The position numbers were made by a program, and so were the translations under genes. The notes under the pieces are model-generated. The model was not told the origin of the DNA, searched no databases, and was given only the letters and a program-made list of their open reading frames with translations. A stretch of DNA of 64,000 nt from an uncultured Gemmatimonadales bacterium (GTDB lineage: Bacteria > Gemmatimonadota > Gemmatimonadetes > Gemmatimonadales > GWC2-71-9). Positions 19,521-28,219 of the stretch are shown here, one piece after another. The stretch lies in the NCBI GenBank assembly GCA_963728915.1, contig CAVSLV010000001.1, positions 864,001 to 928,000 of the forward strand, read 5' to 3'. Each line of letters opens with the position of its first letter. The first letter of the stretch is position 1.

Positions 19521-20914
19521 CCCGCGCAACGGTTGCCATCGTCGGACGTCCCAACGTCGGCAAGTCCACCCTGTTCAACCGCATCCTGGGCGGCCGCCCG
19601 GCGATCGTCTCGGAACAGGCCGGCACGACGCGCGATCGCCACTTCGGTGACGCCGAGTGGGCCGGTCGGCACTTCTGGCTGGTGGACACCGGGGGATTGG
19701 TGCCCGATTCCTCCGAGTCGATGGATCGCGCGATCAGGCGGCAGGTCGAGCTCGCCCTCGAGGAATCCGACCTGATCCTGTTCGTGGTCGACGCCAAGGA
19801 GGGGGTACACCCGGTCGACCGGGCGGTCGCCGAGCGCCTCCGGCGAGCCAATCGACCCGTTCTCCTCGCGGTGAACAAGGTGGAGTCACCCTCCGACGAG
19901 CTGGCCGCCCAGGATTTCCACGGCCTCGGATTCGGAGACCTCCAGATTGTCTCGGCGTCGGTCGGGACCCGAAGCGGTGACCTCCTCGATCGGATCGTCG
20001 CCAATCTGCCTCTGCCATCGCCGACCGAAACCGACCCGGCCATCTGTATCGCGATCGTCGGCCGACCCAACGCCGGGAAGTCTTCCCTGGCCAACAAGCT
20101 CCTGGGTGAGGAGCGCTATGTGGTGCACCCGATCGCCGGCACCACCCGGGACGCCGTGGATTCGGTGCTCCGCTATCAAGGACAAACTCTCCGGTTCATC
20201 GATACCGCCGGCCTCAGGCGGCGCGCCAGAGTCGACGAGGACGTGGAGTTCTATGCCACGCTCCGTACCGAGCGGGCGATCGACGCCGCCGATGTCTGCG
20301 TTCTGGTCGTGGACGCCGCGCTCGGGCTCCACAATCAGGATTTGCGAATCGCCACGACAGCCTGGGACAAGGGAGCAGGACTGATCATCGCCGTCAACAA
20401 GTGGGACCTGATCGACGAGAAAGATCCCAACACCGCTCGCCGGGGAGAGCAGATTCTCAAGAAGAAGGCGCCGTTCCTCGATTTCGTCCCGTTCCTCTAC
20501 GTCTCCGCCCTGACCGGGCAGCGGGTGCGCAAGCTTTTCGAACTGATTCTGGAGGTGGCCCAGGCCCGGCAACAGCGGATTGGCACCGCGGAAGTGAACC
20601 GGGTGCTCGAGGACCTGGTCCAGCGTCAGCAGCCGCCCCAGAAGGCCGGCGAAGAAGTGAAGCTGCTCTACGGTTCCCAGATCGGCACGGCACCGCCGGC
20701 ATTCGCCATCGTCTCCAACCGCCCCGATTCCGTCCCCGAATCCTATCAGCGCTACCTCCTCAACGGCTTTCGGAGCGCGTGGGCGTTCACCGGCGCGCCG
20801 GTGCGCCTCAAGCTCTCGGCACGAGGCAGGAAACGGGGAGGACGGGCCGGGAAGGGCAGGGGAGAAAGCGACGACGGCCGGCGTCCCACCGGGCGGAGCG
20901 CCCGCCGGCCATGA
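19517..20914 (+). CDS. der: Ribosome biogenesis GTPase Der (EngA)
   Basis: Two GTPase domains (GRPNVGKS/DTGG/NKVE and GRPNAGKS/DTAG/NKWD) plus a KH-like C-terminal domain. Confidence 0.96.
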   Translation: MTRATVAIVGRPNVGKSTLFNRILGGRPAIVSEQAGTTRDRHFGDAEWAGRHFWLVDTGGLVPDSSESMDRAIRRQVELALEESDLILFVVDAKEGVHPVDRAVAERLRRANRPVLLAVNKVESPSDELAAQDFHGLGFGDLQIVSASVGTRSGDLLDRIVANLPLPSPTETDPAICIAIVGRPNAGKSSLANKLLGEERYVVHPIAGTTRDAVDSVLRYQGQTLRFIDTAGLRRRARVDEDVEFYATLRTERAIDAADVCVLVVDAALGLHNQDLRIATTAWDKGAGLIIAVNKWDLIDEKDPNTARRGEQILKKKAPFLDFVPFLYVSALTGQRVRKLFELILEVAQARQQRIGTAEVNRVLEDLVQRQQPPQKAGEEVKLLYGSQIGTAPPAFAIVSNRPDSVPESYQRYLLNGFRSAWAFTGAPVRLKLSARGRKRGGRAGKGRGESDDGRRPTGRSARRP

Positions 20915-21522
20915 CGCTGCTGCTCTGGATCGCCGCCTCCTACCTCCTCGGATCGATCCCCACCAGCTACCTGGTGGTGCGCCTGGTCCGGGGCCAGGAC
21001 CTGCGCACGCTGGGAAGCGGAAACCTCGGCGCGACCAATCTCTTTCGCGTGTTAGGATGGCGCTATGCGGTTCCGGTGGCCCTGATCGACGCCGCGAAAG
21101 GGGTGGTCCCAGTGGCGGTCTTCGCGCCCGAGGCCGGGGCGGACCAGCGGGTTGCCCTCCTGCTCGGGATCGCGGCCGTGGTGGGGCACGTCTTTTCCAT
21201 CTTCGTGGGTTTCCGCGGTGGCAAGGGCGTGGCCACCGGCGCCGGCGTGGTCCTCGCGCTCGCTCCCTGGGCCCTCTTGATCGGGCTGGGCACCTGGATC
21301 CTCGTGGTCGCGACGAGCGGATACGTCTCCCTCGCGAGTATGATCGCCGCGCTGATTCTGCCCCTCGCGGTCTATTGGCTGCACCCCGATCGGCGGTCCC
21401 TGATCTGGCTCTTCGGTCTCCTGGCGCTGGGCGTCATCGTCCTCCACCGTGCCAACATCGTTCGACTGGTCAAGGGCACCGAGCACCGGTTCGGTGGGCG
21501 TCACCAGAAGGGGCCCGGCTGA
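20911..21522 (+). CDS. plsY: Glycerol-3-phosphate acyltransferase
   Basis: YLLGSIP, GSGNLGATN, DAAKG, GH..FRGGKGVAT and HRANIVRL..G.E. Confidence 0.95.
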   Translation: MTLLLWIAASYLLGSIPTSYLVVRLVRGQDLRTLGSGNLGATNLFRVLGWRYAVPVALIDAAKGVVPVAVFAPEAGADQRVALLLGIAAVVGHVFSIFVGFRGGKGVATGAGVVLALAPWALLIGLGTWILVVATSGYVSLASMIAALILPLAVYWLHPDRRSLIWLFGLLALGVIVLHRANIVRLVKGTEHRFGGRHQKGPG

Positions 21523-22517
21523 TGCGGATCGCGGTCCTCGGTGCAGGTGCCTGGGGCACCGTCCTGGGGCATCATCTGGCCACCCAGGGCCACGAGGTCC
21601 GTCTCTGGGCCCGAAACGCCGGGGTGGCCCGGGTCCTTGCCGAAGAGCACCGCAATCCGGCCTACCTGCCGGGCCGGGCTCTCCATCCCTCGATCTTCGC
21701 CACCACCGATGCTGCCGGAGCGGCTCGGGGGTGTGACATCGTGGTGTGCGCGGTGCCTTCTCAGGGGGTCCGCGCTGCTCTTCAGGCCGCCGCTTCCAGC
21801 CTTGACCAGCAGACGATTGTCGTGAGCGCGAGCAAGGGAATCGAAACCGATTCAATGCTTCGGATGTCCGAAATCTCCGAAGCAGTGCTGAGCCAGCGAC
21901 CGTTCGTGGCATTCAGCGGGCCCAGTTTCGCGCTGGAAGTGCTCGAAGGACAGCCAACCGCGGTGGTGGCGGCTTCCACCTCCGACCTCGCCGCGGAGCG
22001 GGTGCAGGACCTCTTCACCGCGGGACCGCTGCGGGTCTACACCAGCGGCGATGTGATCGGCACCGAGCTCGCGGGAGCATTCAAGAACGTGATCGCGATC
22101 GCAGCCGGAATGTGTGAGGGTCTCGGTCTCGGCAGCAACCCTCGCGCCGCCCTGATCACCCGCGGGCTCGCCGAGCTGGCCCGGCTCGGGGGCGCCCTTG
22201 GCGCCGACCCGATGACCTTCTCGGGCCTGGCGGGCATGGGGGATCTCGTCCTGACCTGTTGCGGGACCCTCTCCCGGAATCGAGCGTTGGGGGTGGCGCT
22301 GGGGCAGGGCCAATCCCTCGAAGGGTATCTCGAATCGCACCGTGTGGTGGTGGAAGGGGTCCCGACGGCAGGGGTGGCCCTGCGCCTCGCGGCGCGGGCC
22401 GGCGTGGAGCTGCCGATCGCCGCGGAGGTGGCCGCCTGCCTGTTCCAGGGGAAACTCCCGAAGCAGGCCATTGCGGAGTTGATGGAGCGAACCCCGAAGC
22501 CGGAACAGTGGACATGA
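21522..22517 (+). CDS. gpsA: NAD(P)H-dependent glycerol-3-phosphate dehydrogenase
   Basis: GAGAWG, SKGIE, SGPSFA, KNVIAIAAG and GLAGMGDLVLTC..SRN. Confidence 0.95.
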   Translation: MRIAVLGAGAWGTVLGHHLATQGHEVRLWARNAGVARVLAEEHRNPAYLPGRALHPSIFATTDAAGAARGCDIVVCAVPSQGVRAALQAAASSLDQQTIVVSASKGIETDSMLRMSEISEAVLSQRPFVAFSGPSFALEVLEGQPTAVVAASTSDLAAERVQDLFTAGPLRVYTSGDVIGTELAGAFKNVIAIAAGMCEGLGLGSNPRAALITRGLAELARLGGALGADPMTFSGLAGMGDLVLTCCGTLSRNRALGVALGQGQSLEGYLESHRVVVEGVPTAGVALRLAARAGVELPIAAEVAACLFQGKLPKQAIAELMERTPKPEQWT

Positions 22518-22885
22518 CTCTTCCGCGGCCCACCCAGGAGTTCTTCTCGATCGGCGAAGTGTGCGCCCTGACCGATCTCAAGCCGCACGTCCTGCGCTAT
22601 TGGGAGGGTCAGTTCCGATTCCTGAGCCCCGCCAAGAACCGCTCCGGAAACCGGGTATACAAGAGTCGCGAGGTCGAGCTGATCATGCTGGTCAAGCACC
22701 TGCTCTACACCGAGAAGTACACCATTGAAGGCGCCCGGCAGCGCATCGAGCAGTATCGCCGGACCGGGGAGCTCAAGGGCCAGGCCTCCCGCGCCGCTTC
22801 CCGGTCGACCCTCCGCGAGGTGCGCGAGCAGCTCGACCAGATCATCCGACTGCTGGATGGCGCCGAACCGCCCGAGGCCCCATGA
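22514..22885 (+). CDS. MerR-family transcriptional regulator
   Basis: FSIGEV..LTDLKPHVLRYWE..F..L.P.K...GNRVY and YTIEGA. Confidence 0.88.
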   Translation: MTLPRPTQEFFSIGEVCALTDLKPHVLRYWEGQFRFLSPAKNRSGNRVYKSREVELIMLVKHLLYTEKYTIEGARQRIEQYRRTGELKGQASRAASRSTLREVREQLDQIIRLLDGAEPPEAP

Positions 22886-23631
22886 ACATTCTGGTGAGCA
22901 ACGACGATGGGATCCTGTCTCCCGGGCTCGCCGTGCTCGCCGAAGCGTGTCGAGTGGTGGGACAGGTCACCGTCATCGCCCCGGATCGGGAGCAGAGCGG
23001 CACCTCGCATTCGCTGACCCTCCACCGTCCGCTTCGACCCCAGCGTCGCCACGACGGGTCGTTCCAGGTGGATGGTACCCCGACCGACTGCGTCCTCCTG
23101 GGTCTTGGCGCGCTCATGCCGGACAAACCCGACTTCGTGTTTTCGGGCGTCAATCTCGGGCCCAATATGGGAGAGGACGTGCTCTACTCGGGAACGGTTT
23201 CCGCCGCGATGGAAGCCGTGACGCTGGGAATCCCGGGAATCGCCATCTCCTTCGCGAGCCGGGTGTCCGAACAGCTTGGGGAATACCACGCCGTGCTCGC
23301 TCACCTGATCCGCCGCATCGTGGAGGTTCCCGATTTCCCCCGGAACATGCTGCTCAACATCAACCTGCCTGAGCTGAATGGGAAGGGAATCCGCGGCGTC
23401 AAGGTCACCAAGCTCGGAAGCCGCTACTTCTCCGAGAGTCTGACCAGGATGAAGGATCCCTGGGGCAAGGAGGTGTACTGGATCGGGGGAGGGGAGATCA
23501 CCTGGACCGGCGATGCCGAGTCGGACCACCAGGCGGTCAAGGAAGGCTACATCTCGGTGACCCCGCTCCATCTCGACCTGACCAACTACGCCCTCTTCGA
23601 AACGGTGCGAGGATGGGCGCTGGAGGCGTAG
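22882..23631 (+). CDS. surE: 5'/3'-nucleotidase SurE
   Basis: ILVSNDDG, APDREQSG, GTPTDCV, YSGTVSAAME and ISVTPL. Confidence 0.96.
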   Translation: MNILVSNDDGILSPGLAVLAEACRVVGQVTVIAPDREQSGTSHSLTLHRPLRPQRRHDGSFQVDGTPTDCVLLGLGALMPDKPDFVFSGVNLGPNMGEDVLYSGTVSAAMEAVTLGIPGIAISFASRVSEQLGEYHAVLAHLIRRIVEVPDFPRNMLLNINLPELNGKGIRGVKVTKLGSRYFSESLTRMKDPWGKEVYWIGGGEITWTGDAESDHQAVKEGYISVTPLHLDLTNYALFETVRGWALEA

Positions 23632-24293
23632 GTCCCGCCGACAGCTACGGCGGCTACCGGGCCAGGCTGGTCGAGGCCCTGCGCGAGAAGGGGGTCCGGG
23701 ACCTCCGGGTGCTCCACGCGATTGCGACGGTGCCACGCCACCGGTTCGTGCCGGAAGCCCTGCGACATCGCGCCTACGAGGATTCACCCCTGCCGATCGG
23801 CGCCGGCCAGACCATCTCCCAGCCCTACGTGCACGCCAGAAGCATCGAGCTCCTGCGGCTCACCGGCAATGACCGGGTGCTCGAAGTCGGGGCGGGGTCG
23901 GGCTACCAGACCGCCCTGCTCGCGTCCATCGCCAGCACCGTCCTCGCGGTCGAGCGGGTTCCCGCGCTGGCCCAGGCGGCGCGCCAGGCCCTCGAGGAGA
24001 TGGGCGTGACCAACGCGACGGTGGTCATCGGGGACGGCACGCTGGGCTGGCGCCCCTATGCGCCTTACGACGCGATTCTGGTCTCCGCCGCATCCCCGTC
24101 GATTCCAAAGCCGTTGCTGGAACAGCTCGCCGATGGCGGCCGCATGGTGATTCCCCTCGGCGATCCCGACAACCAGGTGCTGACCCTGGTCGAGAAGGAG
24201 AACGACCGGCTCCGGATTTCGGAGGCGACCGGAGTCCGGTTCGTCCCCCTGCTCGGTGAATTCGGGTTCCCCGCCGACGGAGGATCCCGCTGA
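23613..24293 (+). CDS. pcm: Protein-L-isoaspartate O-methyltransferase
   Basis: VPRHRFV, LPIGAGQTISQP, LEVGAGSGYQTA, APYDAI and FVPL. Follows surE. Confidence 0.95.
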   Translation: MGAGGVGPADSYGGYRARLVEALREKGVRDLRVLHAIATVPRHRFVPEALRHRAYEDSPLPIGAGQTISQPYVHARSIELLRLTGNDRVLEVGAGSGYQTALLASIASTVLAVERVPALAQAARQALEEMGVTNATVVIGDGTLGWRPYAPYDAILVSAASPSIPKPLLEQLADGGRMVIPLGDPDNQVLTLVEKENDRLRISEATGVRFVPLLGEFGFPADGGSR

Positions 24294-24934
24294 TGGAGCT
24301 GATCCGCCGCCTGATCGACATTGCCCTCCATCTCGATCGACATCTCGCAGAGTTGACCGCACAGTACGGCACCTGGACCTACGCGATCCTGATACTGGTG
24401 GTGTTCTGCGAAACCGGCCTGGTGGTCACCCCCATCCTCCCGGGCGATTCGTTGCTGTTCGCGGCCGGCGCGATCTCCGCCTTGGGGTCGCTCGATCCCC
24501 GGCTTCTCAATGTGCTCATCTTCGCCGCGGTGCTGGCGGGCGACAATGTGAATTACTGGATCGGACGGACCGTCGGCCCCCGGGCGTATCGAATGGATTC
24601 CCGCCTGATTCGCCGAAAACACCTGGAATACACCCAGGGATATTTTGAGCGACACGGGGGAATGACCGTGGTGCTGGCGCGGTTCGTTCCCATCGTGCGA
24701 ACCTTCACCCCCTTCGTAGCGGGAATCGGAGCGATGTCGTACCCGAGATTTCTGGGATTCAGCATCGTGGGCGGAGCCCTCTGGGTGACCGCCTTTCTCT
24801 GGACCGGGTATTTCTTCGGCAATCTCCCGGTGGTCCGGCAGCACTTTGGTCTCGTTGTGCTCGCGATCATTCTCCTCTCGGTGGTCCCGATGCTGGTGAC
24901 CGTGGTCCGGGAGCGAACCCGGGGGAAGGGGTAA
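24293..24934 (+). CDS. dedA: DedA family membrane protein
   Basis: FCETGLV.TPILPGDSLLFAAG, GDNVNYWIGR and ARFVPIVRTF. Confidence 0.92.
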   Translation: MELIRRLIDIALHLDRHLAELTAQYGTWTYAILILVVFCETGLVVTPILPGDSLLFAAGAISALGSLDPRLLNVLIFAAVLAGDNVNYWIGRTVGPRAYRMDSRLIRRKHLEYTQGYFERHGGMTVVLARFVPIVRTFTPFVAGIGAMSYPRFLGFSIVGGALWVTAFLWTGYFFGNLPVVRQHFGLVVLAIILLSVVPMLVTVVRERTRGKG

Positions 24935-24936
24935 CG

Positions 24937-25206
24937 GTGCGTTGCCGATTCGTGATCGCGGGGACCGTCCAGGCGGTGGGGTATCGTTACTTCACCCTCC
25001 GACTGGCCGAACGGCTCGGCGTGAAAGGCTGGGTCCGGAATCTCCCGGATGGACGCGTGGAGGTTCTGGGCGAGGGGTCGGAAGAGCAACTGAAGCGACT
25101 CGAGGCGGAGCTTCGAGCTGGCCCGCCCTCAGCGTCGGTAACGAACCTACAAAGACTTGAAGTATCGGATGAGACTCAACCGGCCTCGCGGTTTCAGGTC
25201 CGTTGA
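24937..25206 (+). CDS. acyP: Acylphosphatase
   Basis: GTVQAVGYR, GWVRNLPDGRVE and GPPSA. Confidence 0.9.
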   Translation: MRCRFVIAGTVQAVGYRYFTLRLAERLGVKGWVRNLPDGRVEVLGEGSEEQLKRLEAELRAGPPSASVTNLQRLEVSDETQPASRFQVR

Positions 25207-25270
25207 GGCCCGGCGAAAGAGGCCTCCCGATGGGGCGCCGATCCCGCTAAGTTGTTGTCGCGCAAGGCTG

Positions 25271-25344
25271 GCCCCCGTAGCTCAGGTGGATAGAGCAGCG
25301 GTTTCCTAAACCGTTGGCCGGGCGTTCGAGTCGCCCCGGGGGCA
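25271..25344 (+). tRNA. tRNA-Arg(CCT), CCA not encoded
   Basis: Acceptor stem GCCCCCG/CGGGGGC, TAGCTCAG..GGATAGAGC, anticodon loop TTCCTAA and T-loop TTCGAGT. Confidence 0.95.
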
Positions 25345-25373
25345 TCCCGGACATCACGGCTAACCGGAGCACC

Positions 25374-26045
25374 ATGGCAACCAATCCAACCCAGAAACCG
25401 GCCGTATCGCCGGAGCCTGAAGGCCAGGCCCGCTGGCTGGTTTGGTATCATCGCAATCAGAAGGTTCTGAGCTACAGCCTGATTGCCCTGGCGATCATCG
25501 CGGCTGGCGGGTGGCTGTGGCGCGAAACGGGCCGTCGCAAGGAAGCCGCTGCCACCGCAGCGCTCCAGGAAGCCCAGCTCAAAATGGAAAACGGAGATCT
25601 GGGTCCGGCGGCGACGGATTTTCAGCGCATCATCCAGACCTATTCGGGCACCGACGCTGCGTACCAGGCCGAGCTGGGCGCCAACTCGATCCGGATTGCA
25701 TCCGGGCAGTCGCAGATCGCCATCGATGAGCTCCGGAAGTTCGTCGGATCGAATCCTCCTCCGTATTTCGCGGCCGGGGCCTGGGGGATGCTGGGCGCGG
25801 CACTGGAGAATACGAAGCAGTATGACGAAGCGGCGACGGCCTACCGCCGCTCCGCTGAGCTCGCCTCGGAGGATTATCGCAAGGTGGATGGTCTGCTGGG
25901 GGCGAGCCGGGCCTACAAACTGGCAGGGAAGAGCGACCAGAGCCTGACTCTGCTTCGCGAGATTCTGAGCAAGTACTCGAAGAATACCCCGGGGGTCGCC
26001 GAGGCCACCGTCCGCCTGGCCGAAGCCACTCAGGGACGGATGTAG
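25374..26045 (+). CDS. Membrane-anchored TPR protein (YfgM-like)
   Basis: GGAG RBS, W..N.K preceding a single TM helix, YSGT motif and TPR helices. Confidence 0.7.
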   Translation: MATNPTQKPAVSPEPEGQARWLVWYHRNQKVLSYSLIALAIIAAGGWLWRETGRRKEAAATAALQEAQLKMENGDLGPAATDFQRIIQTYSGTDAAYQAELGANSIRIASGQSQIAIDELRKFVGSNPPPYFAAGAWGMLGAALENTKQYDEAATAYRRSAELASEDYRKVDGLLGASRAYKLAGKSDQSLTLLREILSKYSKNTPGVAEATVRLAEATQGRM

Positions 26046-26161
26046 CGCTTGAACGAGTCGTAGCCCGCCCGATCGAACAACACGAAACGCACCAGCTCCA
26101 CCCCGGTCGGCACCCCGCGGATCGTCGCGACCGCGATCGACGCTGCCCTTGCCTGGACCAT
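26030..26161 (-). pseudogene. 43-codon remnant resembling the C-terminus of a YmdB-like macrodomain protein
   Basis: Hand translation gives MVQARAASIAVATIRGVPTGVELVRFVLFDRAGYDSFKRYIRP. The upstream frame is closed by a TAA inside dif. Confidence 0.55.
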
Positions 26162-26174
26162 CGCAACGTTCCCT

Positions 26175-26202
26175 AGTACGTATAAGATGTATTATGTTAA
26201 GT
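26175..26202 (+). other. dif: dif site (XerC/XerD chromosome dimer resolution site)
   Basis: AGTACGTATAA-GATGTA-TTATGTTAAGT versus E. coli GGTGCGCATAA-TGTATA-TTATGTTAAAT. The XerD arm matches at 10/11. Located at the switch in gene orientation. Confidence 0.92.
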
Positions 26203-26207
26203 ACCGG

Positions 26208-26226
26208 TGGGGATAACTGTGGACAA
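26208..26226 (-). promoter_or_regulatory. Two tandem DnaA-box-like 9-mers
   Basis: TGGGGATAA and TGTGGACAA, equal to TTATCCCCA and TTGTCCACA on the - strand. Each has one mismatch to TTATCCACA. Confidence 0.5.
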
Positions 26227-26281
26227 CCAGGTCACCGACGGCGTAAAGCGTTTCTGTGGCGTGTATTAGACAGTGGACCAG

Positions 26282-27400
26282 CTAGTGGATAGCCGGGATG
26301 ATATCGTCGAAAAGAAAGTGGACTGGTGAGTTGGCGTCGTCGGTCTCCCCCGTCACCACAACGACCAGATCGTACCTCGGAACGACAAAGATGTATTGCC
26401 CATAGATCCCGGCCGCCGTGTAGATGGTCTCGTTGGGATCCCCTGTTGCCCCTTGGCCATCGAGCGGAAAGAGCCACCAGAAGTACCCATAATCGACCGG
26501 GTATCCCGCAAACCGTTCCGGCCGGAGGACCGAGGGTGTCAGGGAGGCCTGAAGCCACTGAGGCGATATCACTTGGGTATCATCCCACCTGCCCCCCCGA
26601 AGCACGAGATACCCGATCCGCGCCATGTCCTGGGCTCGCAGATACAATCCACCACCCGCGTGAGCCAGCTGGTCGGGGGGGCCCTTGAACCAGTAGTAGC
26701 TCCCGATCCCCAGTGGCGTGAACAAGCGGGCCTCCGCGAAAGCGTCGAGTTGCGTTCCGACTGCCCGGCGAATCACCCCTCCCGCGAGCACGGCATTTCC
26801 GCTGTTGTAATAGAAGCGAGTGCCCGGCTGGTCACGCATGGGCCAATCCAGCATGTATCGCAGCCAGTCCGTGCCTGAGTCGTTGAGCTTCTTGATGTCC
26901 GAGGTCGCATAGTCGTTCTCCACCCATTCAAAACCGCTGCGCATGGTCAGCAGATCGAGAAGCGTCATGGCCTGCTTCCGGGCGTCATCATTGAGCAGGT
27001 TTTGATATTCCGGGAACCAGCTCGTGATGGTCCGATCCAGGGAGAGGACTCCCTGGCCCACCGCGATCCCGGCGAGGAGCGAAGTCACGCTCTTGGTGAC
27101 CGATTGAATGGTGTGGTATTCCCCCGATCCGCTGCCGTTGAAGTATTCCTCGACCGCGAGGTAGCCTCGGCGAACGATCAGGAGTGAGTGCAGGTCCGGA
27201 ATCTCGTTGCTGCGCAGCCGCTGAACCAGGTCGGCGATGGCCGCCCCGTCGATGCCGACGCTGTCGGGAACCGCGCGTCGCCAGCTGCCGGCGGGCCAGT
27301 ACTCTGCCGGGGGAAGCGAGGAAGTGGGTGAATCACCGCAAGCCGCGACCGAGAGGGCGAGCAACGTCTGCACCAGGATCCGCCGGCCCACTCCTCGCAT
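26282..27400 (-). CDS. Serine hydrolase lipoprotein (beta-lactamase class C / esterase family)
   Basis: Own ATG at 27400 with a signal peptide and lipobox VAAC. Motifs SVTK (SxxK), LLTMRSG, PGTRFYYNS and AAGIYGQ. Confidence 0.85.
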   Translation of the reverse strand: MRGVGRRILVQTLLALSVAACGDSPTSSLPPAEYWPAGSWRRAVPDSVGIDGAAIADLVQRLRSNEIPDLHSLLIVRRGYLAVEEYFNGSGSGEYHTIQSVTKSVTSLLAGIAVGQGVLSLDRTITSWFPEYQNLLNDDARKQAMTLLDLLTMRSGFEWVENDYATSDIKKLNDSGTDWLRYMLDWPMRDQPGTRFYYNSGNAVLAGGVIRRAVGTQLDAFAEARLFTPLGIGSYYWFKGPPDQLAHAGGGLYLRAQDMARIGYLVLRGGRWDDTQVISPQWLQASLTPSVLRPERFAGYPVDYGYFWWLFPLDGQGATGDPNETIYTAAGIYGQYIFVVPRYDLVVVVTGETDDANSPVHFLFDDIIPAIH

Positions 27401-27404
27401 CGGC

Positions 27405-28219
27405 TCAGACGAGCCTTCCCTCGAAGACCAGCCTGCCCTCCCCACAGAGCCATGGCTCCCGCGCCCACCCGGATCCTCGATTCGACCGGCGACCGAAAAC
27501 ATATTGCCGCCCCAGGATCGGATCCGGATCGGAAGCCGGTCGAGGCCGCGTTGGGCAAGCGCGAACGCGGCTGCCACCGTTCCAGTCCCGCAGGCGAGGG
27601 TTTCTGCCTCCACTCCCCTCTCGTAGGTTCGGAGCCTCCACGATAGATCATCGTCCGGAAGTGCCCCGATGAAGTTGACGTTGAGTCCCGCCGGCGAAAA
27701 TGCCGGATCGTCCCGCAGCGCCTTCCCCCTTCGCTGAACATCCACGCCGGCCAGATCCCCGGTATGGATCACGAGGTGAGGCACCCCGACCTGTCCGAGC
27801 TCCATCCAGGATTCCCCGGCGCCGAGCGGCAAATCCAGCGGCGCCGACAGGTGGAAATCCGGAAGCAGCAGCTCCGCAGCCCAGCCCGGGCCGACGCATC
27901 GGGTCCGGAGGAGCCCGGTATCCGTGTGCAGCTCCATGCCGGCCTCCCCGGCGAAACCAAGCCGGGCAGCCAGTCGCGTGCTGCAGAGGGCGGCGTTGCC
28001 GCACATCCCCGCCCGGGAACCATCGGCATTGAAATAGATCATCCGGGCTCCGGAGGCGTCGGGCGAAACAACCACCAGACCGTCTGCCCCCACCCCGGTC
28101 CGCCGATCGCAAATCGCCGCGATCCGCTCGGCGGGCCAATCGTCCACCGAGCTCTCCCGGCCATCGACGAAGACAAAGTCGTTGCCCGAGCCGGTCATCT
28201 TGTAGAAGGGCTGGGTCAT
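27405..28219 (-). CDS. dapF: Diaminopimelate epimerase; single frameshift near 27475
   Basis: KMTGSGNDF, GVGADG, NADGS..MCGN, GVPH and RTYERGVEAETLACGTG. The true C-terminus WLCGEGRLVFEGRLV is in the adjacent frame. Confidence 0.9.

Noticed and set aside
25205..25226. GAGGCC...GGCCTC hairpin as an acyP terminator
   Set aside because: The stem is short, the loop is long and there is no U-tract, so it is too weak to call.
26161..26290. oriC, suggested by the AT-rich stretch with DnaA-like boxes
   Set aside because: Genes converge here instead of diverging, the AT-rich stretch is dif itself, and there is no dnaA, dnaN or gidA nearby.
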